This document shows positions 1 through 13,877 of a DNA stretch of 64,000 nt, in pieces. Both the position numbers and the translations under genes were made by a program. Source of the stretch: Camelus dromedarius (Eukaryota); contig NC_087437.1 in the NCBI RefSeq assembly GCF_036321535.1, forward strand, positions 96,288,001 through 96,352,000, given 5' to 3'. Under the pieces are notes generated by a model. The model saw nothing but the letters and a program-made list of their open reading frames with translations, made no database searches and was not told the origin of the DNA. The number at the start of each line of letters is the position of its first letter. Within the stretch, counting starts at the first letter, position 1.

Positions 1-2319
1 CTCTAAACTAATAAAACTTCCTGAATGGCTGTTCTCATCTCAAAAGCACCTTTGTTTTTCACGGAAGGAAATTTATTTTCTCAGCATTTTTAGTTTTTGA
101 AATCACCTACTTCTTCTTATTATAAGATGTCTGGCTCCAATTCTAGAACAAGTGTTTTGAATTAGCACTTAAATTTTTATTTTGTATCTGCTTTATTAAT
201 CATTAGGTTGGCCAATTGTAAAAACCATGAATTGAACCAGGAAACATTTAATGTCTACACAAGTAAATGTTTTTTTTCCTTTTAGGGAGACTTGAAATGT
301 TTGTTTTTAATTTTCAAAATACTCGCACTCTATCCAAATAGCTAAAGATCACCTTACACCTTATAGATTCTTTCAGAAAATAAATATCTGCAATAAAAGG
401 CATTCTGTAGTTCCAAATTCAATAAAAATTTAACTATGGAGATCTTACATGAAAATGTTACAAACTCTATTGCCTTGCTTTCCAACAGAAGGATTTTTAG
501 GATAAAAATTACTTATTAATCCTATGGAATCATTCACTGATAATTAGAGACACACCTATTACCTCATCAATACCACTATGTGGGTTTCAGGGAACATGGA
601 GATCCAGCCCTTTAGAATTCAGTAATGTTTTTCAAGCTAAAAATGAGTGCATTTTAACAACTCATAACTGAATTTAAGGCACTCTTCTATAAAACATAAA
701 CCTTCTTGGAGAAACTTAAATCTTTTGCTTCTTTCATTCTTGGCAGTTGAAAGTAGGAAGAGGTGATCAATTTCCCTAAAACAATCTCTCTGCTCACAAT
801 ATTTCAAATAAAACAAAATCCTCCCACCGATAATACTTGAAATTGTTATTAAAAATCACATAAGCACTTCTTGGTAGCCTAAATCCCCAGCGATATTTTC
901 TTCGTCTTTAACAGTTAAGATACATCCTAAAGTCAAGCTTTTAAATCACAGTTGAGATCTGGGACCCTGAAATGAACACAAGAGGCCATTATTTTGCCGG
1001 CAAAGGGCTATCAAGTGAAGTTTCCTGTACTCTACAGCCTACGTGAGTAACATTTTCTTTTTACCTACGATTATAATGCAGGCTAATGTTTATAGTTTGG
1101 GTGAAGAAATCTTTATTTTTTCAGGGTTCTGGTCACAAGCATTTCTGGGCAGGGCACCTAAGAGCAGTGAAGAACAGATGTCCTTTAAAAAATGAAAATT
1201 AACGTAACACTCATTGAGGAAGGAAAGGACACAAGAATCTTGGGAGATCAGACTTATAGGGAAATAGTAAGAGACACAGTGTTCTCCGAAAATAACTTGC
1301 TGTTCTGTTCTGGAAGCTTGTGCTGAAAGCCAAAATGAAACTTGAAACATGATGGCATTCTGACTCTGTCTTAATTGACCAGACAATATTGTATCCTTTT
1401 TTGGCTTTCCCTAAATGCTACCCTTATCTCCACCACAGTCATAGGTGACTCTATCCTTGTAAGCTTGACCCATTGATGAAAAACCCCTCTACTAGTCTCT
1501 CTAAGACTCAGCACAGCTGAGAGAGCATGGCATTTTCCAACTAAATAGCTAAGAGAAAATAAACAAACAAAAAGATGGCCAAAATACCCACAATAGTGTA
1601 ACAATAGTTGATTTAATAAAAGGCTGATTTCAGATCACAGGATAACTAAGCCCAAAAGACAATGCATCCAACCACTGCCAGGGATCCCAGACACCGACCA
1701 TCTTGGAACCACAGCCCTCTCTGGAGATCAGGCAATTAAACCAAACCACAGCTGAGCCCTTCCAGAAAGTCCAAAGCACCCTGCTCACCCCAAACTAGAA
1801 GTGCCTCCAAGTTTTAACCACTGAGGATATGGTCGTCTTTTGAGTCTCCCTGTCTCTCCCATCTTCTATATCTATGACAGACATTGGAGACTCCAAGGAT
1901 TAACTCTCTTGACAGATCTGTGGACATCCATGAAGTTCACAGCCTGTTATCCTTGGTCACCATCCAAGTTCTCACCTTCTCTTGTCATCTTAGTCCCTCA
2001 TGTTCACCTCCTCTGCACTGAATTTTGTCTCCTCTGATGTAACCTCTCACAATTTTTTGTGGACCTCTCCACAAAACTTTTCACTGTGCCTTCTGAACTA
2101 CCTGTTTACTGATTTGTAAAACTTCCTTATCCTCTGTTTCTCAGATTTCTACCTTCTTCTCCTTGCCCTAATGGAAACCTAGCTCTTTCCTGAAGGTTTG
2201 TGTTCAGGGTGAAGGAAGAAAGAAAGAGAGTACATCTTCCCAGACATTGCAAATAATTACCCAGAGCCTGACATGGAGCAGTTTCTCAATAAATATTTTT
2301 TAAAGGAGTAACTTATCCT

Positions 2320-2376
2320 CAAAACGAACAAAGCAAATTTTAAAAACAAAAACAAAGCAGAACAAAACAAAACAAA
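2320..2376 (+). repeat. Imperfect (AAAAC)n simple repeat
   Basis: aaaacgaacaaagc...aaaacaaaaacaaagcagaacaaaacaaaacaaa. Confidence 0.75.
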
Positions 2377-2444
2377 GTCCTATTCCATTGAACAGAAATC
2401 ATGTCATCCAGTTTTGAAATGGAATATTTAGAATTTCTTTCTCT

Positions 2445-2570
2445 TTGACAAAGATGACAGTTAATAAGAATGTATTTCATAAGGCTGTTATAAGGATTAA
2501 ATGAGTTCATAAATTTCGAGTGTTGAGACCTGGACCTGGCATACAGTAAATGCCCAATAAATGTTACCAT
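2445..2570 (+). mobile_element. MIR SINE 3' half
   Basis: cataaggctgttataaggattaaatgag...cctggcatacagtaaatgcccaataaatgtta matches the MIR core and tail. Confidence 0.8.
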
Positions 2571-4229
2571 AAGACTTTTCATACCTGCCCCTCATTTCTC
2601 TCAGATCTCCTCCTCCAGTGATACTATCTCCATCCCCTGGCTATTGTTTCATAGCAAGATCCTGGACCTTGCCCTCAACTGGAATGGCTCCACCTTTGAA
2701 ATCAAAAGCTCAAATTTCTAATCTGGCATAGCCTTGGGTGGTTCCTCAGTCCTTTGTATCAACACTTATTCGCTACCCTGCTTAGATTCCATGGTACAGA
2801 AGATGCTTCCCAATATCTTCACTTTTCTCATCCAAATGCCTTTCTGTTGCATTTGCCTAGAAAAATCTCAGTTATGTATGAATATCATAAAATCATGCAC
2901 TCTTCCTTCCACTCTCATATAAGATCAAGTTCAAATTATTCTAGAAATGTTGAAATGTTTCTTTGGTTCATAATATCGAAATAAACATTTAATTATTTTC
3001 ATTACTGTCCTTAGTATGCAACCATCTTCGTGATAATTTTTTCACTAAACTTTGTAAGGTTATTCAAATAATATCTGCAATCCCTTAAATGTATTACTTT
3101 TAAATAATTCTAAAATATTGCAGGTATTATTTTAACTAATGAGAACACAAAAATTTAGGGTAAAAAGTGCAAATGTATCACAATTAAGAGACCATGTCGT
3201 AATGAATAAAATGGTGAGGTAGGTTAAATTATCCTTCAATTTAGAAATAATTACTTTATTGGCATAAATGCAATGAAGGCAATTTGGTTTAATTACAGGA
3301 CTGGATATTGCAACATCAGATTTGGAAAAGTGGATATATCTCACAGGTGTGTGTTTGGTTAGAAATTAATCTCAACTTTTAAGTCCTTTCAGAAAAAGAC
3401 TTTAGAGATTAAATCCTCAAGAGTTTACAGAACTCACAGTTCAGAGGAGAATGTTTTGATAAGTAGCTCCCATTCTTCTCGATCTCTTCTGAGTTGGGAA
3501 TGAACTCTGTGTAATAAGGGACTTCAAGTTTGGGGTAAAATGATTTTTGTTTTTAATTTGTCATCTACTTAGTGGCCTTGTAATATGTGATGGACAGACT
3601 CCAAGACGTCTCCTTCATCTGTGTTCAAAGTGAGCACCAGGTGCAGGGGAGGCTTCTGCAATCTCAGAGAATATTCAGTCTGGGTGGTGCCATGGAACAT
3701 TCAAAGGCTTTCTCCTGCCTTCTACCCTCAGAAACTTCCTTGTGAAATGTGCTTACGGAATAATTTAGAAATTCAACATAATGAGATAGGAGCACCTGTC
3801 ATCATTAAATGTGTCACACAACCTGTGGGTTGGTAGGTCTATTTGAAAATGCAGGTTCAGACACTGCTCTAATTAAGCTACTCTTAACCAGTTTTATCCA
3901 CTCAGCAACTATTTAATGAGCAAGAAATATAAAGAAAAATTCCCTGTCTCATATATTCTAGAAAATATGCAAAAAGTATGCATTCATTTCAAGTCATTAG
4001 GGAACCAAAGGCCTTATTCTTGTGTTCAATGATGACATGTTTATGTCAAACCCCATCATGGTACTTACTATTTGTCCATCTCCCTGGTATAACCTTCATA
4101 GCTAAGGCAACAAGAAAAGATTATTACCTTTGAATTCTCTTTCTTTGAACTATATTCTACTATTTTTTCCCCTAACATTAAGAACAAAAACTAAAATCAT
4201 ATAAAAACAGTATTTATCTTTTCCACTAA

Positions 4230-4458
4230 ATCCGGCTTTCTCAGCCTCAACACTATTTACATTTTGGGCAGATGATTCTTTGCTGTGGGAGTTGTCCTAT
4301 GCATAACAGCAGGATGTTTAGCAGCATTCTTAGCCTCTCCCCTAGATGACAGTAGCACCTAATCCCCCAAATGTAGCAATCAAAAATGCCTCCAGACATT
4401 GCCAAAGGCCCCTCTGTGAGCACGAGAAGCATAACTGGCCCCAGCTGAGAACTACCGC
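4230..4458 (-). mobile_element. MER20 (hAT-Charlie) DNA transposon, near full length
   Basis: Reverse complement of the MER20 consensus: tttctcagcctcaacactatttacattttgggc...ggatgtttagcagcat...ctccagacattgccaaa...ctgagaactac. Confidence 0.85.
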
Positions 4459-4719
4459 ACTAAAAGTGCATTTGGTGAGCAGCACAAGCCAGACGCAGAA
4501 CTGGATACTTGAGACTGAGATAAATACGGCAAAGGGAGTTGAGGAGTTTAGGAGACAGACAGAGAAACCACTACAATAATGATAAATTTAGTGCTATTTT
4601 CTTGGTTACACAGAAATACAAAAACCAAAACAGCCAACGACTGTTGAGTGAAACCCGAAATGAAGGGTGTTCCAGGTCCAAAATGGGAAATGAGCACAAG
4701 CTGAATTTTCATGTTGGAG

Positions 4720-4920
4720 AGACGTGGGATTGGACTCCAGCCCCACCACCCCGGGTCCTGTGACCTTGAGCACCTTGCTCATTATCTCTAAGCTCCAGGT
4801 TCCTACTCTGTGAAAGAGGAGATTCATGCCTTCAAGACGACCAGGCAGATTAACTGTAAAATGTGTAACAACCTAACATGCAGCATGCGGGTCCTGGAAA
4901 AAGGATAGCGTTTGTTATTA
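4720..4920 (+). mobile_element. MIR SINE
   Basis: ctgtgaccttgagcaccttgctcattatctctaagctccaggttcctactctgtgaaa, the MIR core. Confidence 0.7.
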
Positions 4921-4952
4921 TCTTAATATAATTTTCTTTAAAAAAATTATTT

Positions 4953-5140
4953 TAGTGTAGCAGTTAAGAGCGTGGACTTTAGAGCTTAAAGTGCTCAAAT
5001 TTAAATCTCTGTCTGCCACTAACATTTGCCCCTCAGATACTTCAACTGTAAAATAAGGAGAGTATAAAAATATCTATTTCTTGAGGCAATTGTGAAGATT
5101 AAATGAGTTACTTGCATGTAACGCATTGTAAGCATTAGCT
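4953..5140 (+). mobile_element. MIR SINE with internal deletion
   Basis: tagtgtagcagttaagagcgtggacttt...ctgtaaaataaggag...ttgtgaagattaaatgagtta. Confidence 0.8.
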
Positions 5141-5149
5141 CCTACTCCC

Positions 5150-5325
5150 ATAGCTAATCAACTTTAAGATATACCTTTTTCATATTTTAGCATCTTTGAA
5201 ATTAGAAGTCATCTACCACAGATGGCATATCATAGTTGATTTGGCAATTTTTTTCTCCTTAACTCAGGGGAAAATTATGGTTGGATCTCACAAACCATTC
5301 TAACTTGAATTCTGTGACATATGCT
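5150..5325. mobile_element. MER104-like (Tc2/mariner) DNA element
   Basis: catattttagcatctttgaaattagaagtcatc...gatggcatatcatagttgatttggca resembles the recalled MER104 consensus. Confidence 0.55.
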
Positions 5326-5384
5326 ATTATTATACGATTGAAAATGATTTAAGTTAAACAAATCTTTTTGATTTCTCTGTTTAT

Positions 5385-6145
5385 TCAGGACAACATCATT
5401 CATTCAGACACCCAACTTCAGTATAAATCTCTGCATTACTTTTAACCCTTTTTTTCCCATGAACCCAGACATACAATAAATTTCTAATTAAAAAAAAAAC
5501 TTTTCCTTATATTGCCACTTGCATTAATATCCATGTTTGTGTATTCACAGGAAAAAAACTCAATGTAATCCACTAACTACCTTTTAAACAACTTCTACCA
5601 GGTATGCCTACCTCCAAATTTTCTCTACTTCAAGCTATATGACATATAATTTGTAAGAATCAATTTTCTAAACATAGAAACAAAAATATGTTTCCATTCA
5701 ATGTGCTTAGTGAATCCCCATTTCATACTGTGTTCAGGATAAACACTTCACTTGGAATTGGAGGCTTTCATTCTAAAGCCTCAACTAACCTTGTTGGCCT
5801 TAAGTGCCACTCCGCTACGCTCCAGGGAGACGGAACCACTAATTGATGGCCTACGCTGTTCACCACCAAAGCTTTTTCATCCTGCGTCTGTCTCTTGGAA
5901 TAGTCTTCTTTCCACTTACAGAAATTCTACTCTTTCTTTCAGACCCATCTCTAGTGGCACATGGGAATAGAGGAGCTTTTATTTTCTGAAACCCTTAGAA
6001 GTGTTGTCTATGATTGTTTGCACTATAATTTTCCTTACTGAGTAGTTAATGTATTATATATATCTCATACCTTCAATTAAAATCCTTGAGAACAAACTCA
6101 TCTTTCTTATATGTTGGGATATCAACACACAGAATGTTTGTTGAG
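5385..6145 (+). mobile_element. Degraded L2 3' region
   Basis: L2-like phrases (aattttctaaacatag, tctcttggaatagtcttctttcc, tccttgagaacaaactcatc) ending in gaatgtttgttgag. Confidence 0.5.
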
Positions 6146-7709
6146 CATAGAAACTAATGTCTATGATTACCTTTGAAATAATTCTTGAAATACAGTATTT
6201 TATTAGCCCACAGTTAAGATTTTTATTATTCCTTTGAGATAATTGATATCTTACTATAAATTATGTTCAAAATATTTTCTTTCACTCTCTTTATGAAATC
6301 CCTCAAATAAAGGTAAAAGTCCTGATTGACCTTTTTTGTTTCTGTGTATGTGCTGTAAATATTTGGACAAAACTATTAGAAAATATGAGTTAATGAATGG
6401 ACTACTTGTGTTTTCATTTAACATTTTTTATAGCACATTCCATATGTTGAATGAATTGTAATGACACAGAATACTGAACCAGATATTTATAAAGGCTCCA
6501 ACCACCTATGCATTTCACGAAATGAGTTGAAAGGTATTATAATAATCTTTGTAATTTTGACAGTTATGCTCATAAGAAAAACAAGCAAAATTTCTGCACT
6601 AAGATTTTGTCATAAGGCTATTCTAGAGATCTATATGATTAATTACCTACTCAGAAGAAACTTCTAGTACTTTACTATCTTGCCAAGGTTTACTGTGCCT
6701 CAGTGCCTCCTCTCCCCGATATGGTCTTTAGAATGACGATCCAATGAGTTAATACTATGTACCAACTAAAATAGATTTGGACCAATAATTGATTCTACTG
6801 TAGTGGAGTAGGATATACTCTTAAAATGCTTTGAAAGCATCTTCTTATCTCTTATTTTTGGTAACTGTATCTTCTTCACACACTAGCAAAGATATAATCA
6901 TCATTCATTCAACTTGTCATTGTAATACAAGGTCTGAAGTTATTGTTTGTTTTTCCCCTTTCTCTTTCAGTGCATACCAGTTGACTTGAATATCTAGATC
7001 AAGCAGCAAGTGGAACTAGAGGGGATATCTAGTTTCCCAGAGGGATTGTTACAACATATAAAAATAATAAAAAAAAAACTATGTTTGTAGGAAATACAGT
7101 CTGGAACTCAGTCTTGCCTGCCAATTCATAAGTATCCATGGAACTGGTGTTAATCAAATATCATCAAGAAAACATTAAATATAAAAACCTCTCTCTTAGT
7201 AAAATCAAATGTGTCCTGTGAACTGTTAGGCAATGAGGATGAAAAGATGAGTTAAACTATCGTGCCCTAGAAGAGTTCACAGTTCTAGATGTTTCTCCTC
7301 TACTCATACTACTTAATTCAATTGGCAAGCATTTCTTTAGCTTCTGATGTATTTCTCATGACTTTGTATTTTTTTCCCCCAGATACACTGTTGAGAAGAA
7401 AACAGATGTATTAAGTTAAAATATTCTGTCAGAATAAAGATAGAATAGTTTTAAATTCTATTTCAATGGGCAGTGGAAAATAATAACTTTTTTAAAGATG
7501 TGAACTTGTTTATTTGATATAATATAATGGATTTGTATATTGCTTATAAGTGCCATTATGATAAAGAGTATAAAATCTTTATGATGTACTTTAGTACACA
7601 TATGTATTTTGTGATTCTCTAACAGAAGTAACACCTCTAGGCAAGCATTTGCTAAACTGTCACTTCCTAATCATCAATTCCAAATGGAAAAAAGCTGTTT
7701 CCATCCAGC

Positions 7710-7945
7710 ACCCCGAGGTAGTAGTCAAGAATGTGGACTTAGCTAGAAATCCTAGATCCCTTACTAAATGGCTTTGCCACATTTACCCTCACTATACTTC
7801 ATTTTTCCCCATTTGTTATATTGGAATAATAATAGTCTTTACATCATAGGGTTGTGCTAAGGATAAGTTTATTAATGTAAAATGTCTGAAGTAGGTCTGA
7901 TACAGAGTAAGGCTATAGAGTAAGGCTATGTAAATATAATTTTTA
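7710..7945 (+). mobile_element. MIR SINE
   Basis: gtagtagtcaagaatgtggac...ggaataataatagtctttacatcatagggttgtgctaaggataag. Contains a 13-bp tandem duplication (agagtaaggctat x2). Confidence 0.75.
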
Positions 7946-8259
7946 ATATAATATTTATTGGAAAGGAAAACACAATTAAAAACAACTTTTTTGAATCAAT
8001 ACTAGACTTTAAAAAAAAAAAGCCTAGGTAAGCATTCAGAATCAAAACCAATTTTGAATTTCAAAAAAATGCTCATTTATACACAGAAATCTGAGTAGAT
8101 ACATGCAGACCATAAAAAGTAGATGGTAATAGGTATATGAGTAATTTTAACATTCCTTTTTAGGCCCACTCATTTCAAATTTTAGAGATTTTTTTCCTAT
8201 AAAAATTTATTATCATACTTTCTAAACTGTTTTGCATTGTTGCCATTCATAGATTTATA

Positions 8260-8420
8260 TCTTTTCAGAAGTTAAAGGGCCTGCAGAAGCCATCCAATGC
8301 AACCTACACATTTTGCAGATGTGGACCCTAGTACTCAGACATGTAACATAAATTGTTTAAAATAACATGATGAATTACGGCAGAGCTGGGATAAGAACGC
8401 TGATCTCCTAAATTCTCATT
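8260..8420 (-). mobile_element. MIR/MIR3 SINE
   Basis: catccaatgcaacctacacattttgcagatg...ggcagagctgggataagaac is the antisense MIR core. Confidence 0.65.
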
Positions 8421-9509
8421 TACCTCACAGCCCCATGTTACAATTCGATTTATTAACAACAGAATAAAAAAAAACAACCAGAAATATATCTTAAGAAAAG
8501 ACCATGGGGTGATTAAAAATCATCTAAGTGATTCTAACCACCAATTGTCTCATGAAGGCAGGAATTTGTGTTGATATAACCAATTATATAACTTTTTCCT
8601 TTTTACATTTCATTTGGTCAAGATAAGAACCTAGTTATGACAGAGTCTCTAATGATAAATGTCCAGTCCATCCACCGGTGGGACATGATGTGATGTGATG
8701 ACTGTCTCCTGATAAGCCTTTGGTTTGTCCTCCAGTTTGGGCTAAGGTACAATGTTGCTTGCCTTGGTCCTGAACTCAGCCTAGATGAATGCTCTAACAT
8801 GCCACACTCTGAGGGAAGAAACAAACCTGCTGTGGCTCCTGGTGGGACAACACTCACATGCCAATGACAGGTGGCACTCAGGCAGACCCATTTGCTCTGC
8901 AAACTGGCACCTGGTCTTGGCTCTGCCCACACACAATACAAGAGTTGCCAGTTAATGGACAGCAGAGCATCTCTGACTTTAAGGCAGTTTATATTCTAAG
9001 TGTGTCCCAGCTTGTTAGTTGACCACTGGCCAGAACCCAAATTGGATGCATTGTTCCTGAGCAAACATTCTCAACAGATGGGCCAATGTGGTCACAGGAC
9101 GAGGCAACTCGCACTCCTCACCCTAGGTGGCAATTAGGTTTGTGTTAACAGAAACTATTAGCACCTATTTGATGAAAACACAGAAAAAGGACCATTTTGG
9201 CATCCCTCTGAAAATTGCTAATTAATTCTGTTTATAAACAAAATCTGTATTTTCAGCTTCCAAGGAGGTAACCTTGACTTGGTCCAAGTTGAGATTTTCA
9301 AAACACAAGTATATTTTATGTGCAGGTTATGAAACTGGTCTAAAAATTACCCTTACCAGTAATGCTATATAGTATTCCTATAAAGTTATCCATAATACAG
9401 AGTTTCTGAGCAAGTATCTAAAATTTTATCTAATAAGGAAAATTTGTAAGCAGCTTGATTCCATAAACAATTTATAATCACATAATTATAGAGTCCATTA
9501 GTTTAAAAT

Positions 9510-9735
9510 ACAGGTTTCATGTTGGACAGATTCTAAATCAAGTCCTAGCCCTAACACATATTAATGTGTGACACTAGAAACATAATTTCTTTAAGCTTCT
9601 ATTCCCACATCCCTCAAATGGGAGTAATATTATGCTAAAACATTATTATTTACAATAATGGAATTAATGTAAGCAGAAATCACTTAGAAGAATGCATGGC
9701 AAATAATTAAGTCCTCCAAAAATATTGTTTTTATC
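9510..9735 (+). mobile_element. MIR SINE
   Basis: ttctaaatcaagtcctagccct...tgtgtgacac...caaatgggagtaatatt...cacttagaagaatgcatggca. Confidence 0.6.
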
Positions 9736-10129
9736 ATTACATAACGTTCTTATAAAGGTGATGGTTTTCTTATTACCAGCAGACAAATGATAAAGTATAA
9801 TGTGTGAAATTTGAAGTTCCTAATCCAGATGTCTGATTGCACTGGGGCTAGCATAAAATATCTGGACCCTGTACAATCTCCCAGAGGTAGAAAAATGGGT
9901 GGCAACTTTCAGGCTAGCAAACTGGCTGGCAAAATTTGTAAATAAGTCAATATGATTTAAAAACAAAAGTGATATCTATTAAATCAATACTATTTTTATG
10001 TGTCTCTATGGAAATCAATTGGCCCGTGAGAGGAGAACATGTATTCAATCCATAAAAATTATATACTCTGTATTTTTTAGCATTAACTTATTTTCTTTGC
10101 AGTTATACAACTAATAAATACTACGAATC

Positions 10130-10400
10130 AGTTGAATTTATAAAACTGGAGCACCTGTTATGTGCACCCATTGTACATTGTTTACAGTGCTCTGAATTAG
10201 TTATATCGTTTTAACAACTCTTTGAGTTAGAAAGGATGGCATAATTATTCACCCTGTACGAAAGAGTCAAAGCGTAGGTTAATCATTAGTCCCACTGCAT
10301 CGCTGGTCCATATCTTCAGGACGTAAAGTACAAAGAGTTAAATAGCTTCTTCAAGGTCACACTCCTAGTTAGTGGCAGAGAAATCTGTTGAACATCATTT
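10130..10400 (-). mobile_element. MIR SINE fragments
   Basis: gagcacctgttatgtgc...agagttaaatagcttcttcaaggtcacactcctagttagtggcagag. Confidence 0.65.
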
Positions 10401-13400
10401 CCAGAACATGTGAGTATAACTAAAGGGATAAATGATCAAACAGTGTCAGAACAAGGCTAAAATCTAACATCTCTGACAATGGCCTAAATATTATTTATGT
10501 TATTGGCAGCTGTATTACAAGATCCAACAATAACAGTCCACGTGCTTCTGATTTTTTTCAAACAGAAATGGATAAGACATCTGTACAGCTGAAAAAAAAG
10601 GCATAGAATTTTCATTAAAATTGTTCCTTATATTTCTGAATCTTAAGGAAGAGTCCATTTTTTCAAATGTCATGTACAATATTTATATACATTGCTTTTC
10701 TCCTGCTCTCAGTTTTTTTCCTCCTTTTTTGAAAATCATTTTAATTGACCAATCTTGACCAGCCAACCTAATCAGTGTGGTTATTTATCATGAGCCCAAA
10801 TTACCACATGTCCTTGAAGCAGACACTGTATGTGAAGAAGGCCGATCTCCTCAGCAGGGTGGCTAAGCACCTGTTCAGCATCTCTGCATCCCAGAAGCAC
10901 ATGCTCTAAACAATGGAGCTTCCAAACAATTAATACAAGAACATTTTCCAGGGCTAAGTATAAAGAGCCACTTAGTGTAAAAATGCCACAGAAAAGGGGA
11001 ATTGTAAGTGTTTCTATTCAATTCCTTTTCTTTAGGAATCATGTATTTATGTGAATCTCACATTTCATGGAACTAAGAACTCTGAAAAGTCTGTCTTAAA
11101 ATAGACTTGCACTTTAGAAAAAGAAATTTGTCAGTGGGTTCAGGAAAATTGATAGAATTTTGCACTATATATCTTGAAACTCTTTTTCTCTAGTCTCTTT
11201 TCTATTTTTATGAAATATTCATGAATGATATCCACTATGTGCAAGCCATCAACTGCATTTAGAATTTGCAGGCATACATAAGAATTCAAATGGCACATTT
11301 TCTTTCTTTTTTTCTCTGAGAAGCTATTATGAACATTCCTTTCTTGACTCTAGATCCTTATTGAGGAAATTAGTGTCACTTTAGAGTTAGTTTGAACAAT
11401 AAGTAAAAATGGAATAAAAATATATCTTGGAACTAACTAATGATAGTATACAAATATCTGACTGATGCAAGATTTCAACTCTCCTGGTTATAGTCCTTTA
11501 AAAGATTAATAATAATTACCTGAAATACAAACTGTCCTGACAAGTCCAGACACGAAATCATGGTTAATTTAATCATACTACTTCTTACTCACATTCTGAG
11601 AAGAGATATTTATATTCTCCTCACAAATATTGAATTGAACAGAATATTGTTGTGTTGGTGTATTTCAATTTAATTGTAATATTTTTGGTTGTAGATGTAT
11701 AACATTCTGTTTCTTTAATATTAATACATGATATTTTTCATACAGCTTCAGCATACACATATATTTTTGTATTACAAAATATACAACATCCCAATGTAAT
11801 GATGGAACCTGGCAGAGAATGGAATATTGCCACAGTTGTTATAAGTACTGGCAATTTCTATCATATGAAACACTTATGAAAAGATGTGCTGAAGGCATCT
11901 TATCTTCAAAAGAGTAATAATTAGCAAAAAGCTCTATGTTTGCCTGGGGAAAATAAAAAGATGTAGCAACCAAATAAGACACTAGAGTTACTTAAGTTTT
12001 AACTCTCATTCATGTATTCAGTAAGTGAAATTCTCTTACATCACTCAATTTGATTAACGTAAAAATAAAAATACTCAATAACAGTGTATTTACCTTGCTT
12101 AAAGTGACTTCTTCTTTTACAGACTAGCAATAAGCATTATGAATACAGGAGGCACTTAATAAAAGGTAAACCTTAAAGTGTTTCTTCTATAGTTTAAATA
12201 ATGCCTTGAAAAAACTATGCTTTTAAAACACATAATCATCATGAATTATAAAATGTCTTTTCCTTTATTTCCTCATTTTGTTCCCCACACCACTTATTGC
12301 ACAGTGGTGTGTAAAATTCTTGTCCCTCATAAATGAGTCAGTGTTGATTTATTTAGGCACATATGTATTCAGACCCTCTAGAAAAAAAGATATTGATACT
12401 TGGCACAGTCACAAAAAAAGGCAGTGACCTTCTTTTTCTTCCTGAAATCTTCAGTTCTGAAATTGTAGAATCTTCAGACGTTTCTGCAAGCACTTAACGT
12501 TCGACAGCAACATATATAAAATGATGGCTCCTCCCTATTTTGTCCCTTTGTCATATGGAAAATATCCAAATAAATAATTTCTCCTTGGTTGGGCATTAGG
12601 GTTATTGTCAGACTCGGGAGTTGCTATTTACCAACCTCACTGAAATATTTATCTAATCGGAAGCTGTCTTTAAAACAACTTACCAATAGTAAGTTGTAAT
12701 TTCCTTAACGAGAGTTACTGAGAAAGGTAAGGAGTTTAGGGCTAAATCAAAGAAAGAGGTAGAGGGGTACTACCTTAAAAATATATTCACAGCAAAGAAA
12801 AAACTACTCCCTTAATTCATCTCTGGTTACTGAAAGGTTGGCACAGATATCTTCCTCTGTGTTGGAAGTTTAAATAGCTATCACAGCATTTCATAAATTT
12901 AAACTTGAATTGAAAAGCTTTTCTCGTCTCCAAAAGAGAAACAGTCACATATTACTTACGTAGTAATTACAGGCTACGCAGCTGCCCTGCAAAGCTTTAC
13001 TATAAATGTGTTAAGCATGAACCACTACACAAACCTTATTCAAATTGCATTAAATGTTAAGCCAAAGAAATGTCATCTTCCACACCACTCCACACAATTG
13101 CTTACACAAGAACAATGGCCATCTCCCTAGCCTGAGACCTAAATAATGTAATAGAATCAATGTTTTTGATTTAGGCTGTGGTTGGTTAAAAGTCATCACT
13201 GTTATTCTTCACCAAGTAAAGAGGTCCTTTTTCCCCTCATTATGCACAAGTGAAGCTTATGCTAATGCATACAAATCTAAGGATGAATAAGCTGCTTTGA
13301 AATACCATTTAAAGATTGAGATTTCAAGAAAAAGTACATGGCTTCTATCATGATAAAATGCTGACCTCAATTTCTATATTGCACTGATCCTTGCTTTAAG

Positions 13401-13877
13401 CCTTTCTAACATACAATTTAAAGCTTACACAGCATTTCCATTTGCCTAATACTTTAAAAATATTTAGCCGGTCACACCAAGCACTGCAGTAGTATCATGC
13501 CGGTCACAGAAAAATAACGAGGGTGAATCTATGAAAGTGTCCTAAGGGAAATTAGTAGAGGAAGGATTTCTAAAAAATTCAGCCTTATCTTTAGAGGCCT
13601 TTATTTCACACATTCTAAATATGCAGCTTTAATGCTGTTGTTTGATTTATATGTATTATTTGAGCTCTGAACCAAATGGATATGGCAAGATTGGGAGAAT
13701 AACTGTGGCAAATAAAGTTGTCAGGTTTATGACCTAACACCTAGAGCAATCTGGGAAGAAATCAAACTGGGCTTAAGCTGTATTTTACCTTAATTCAAAG
13801 ACGCAGACCCATTAAAATGTAATGCACCTGCATAAGTTTCTATTTTTGCAACTTTCATCAATTCGGTCTTATTTAAT

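Larger units (their letters stand above)
2060..2740 (+). mobile_element. L2 LINE ORF2 endonuclease-region fossil, interrupted by other repeats
   Basis: 2162-2185 reads LALMET*L (cf. L2 LALTETWL) and 2650-2676 reads HSKILDLAL (cf. HGHTLDLVI). C/T-rich sense strand typical of L2. Confidence 0.6.
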
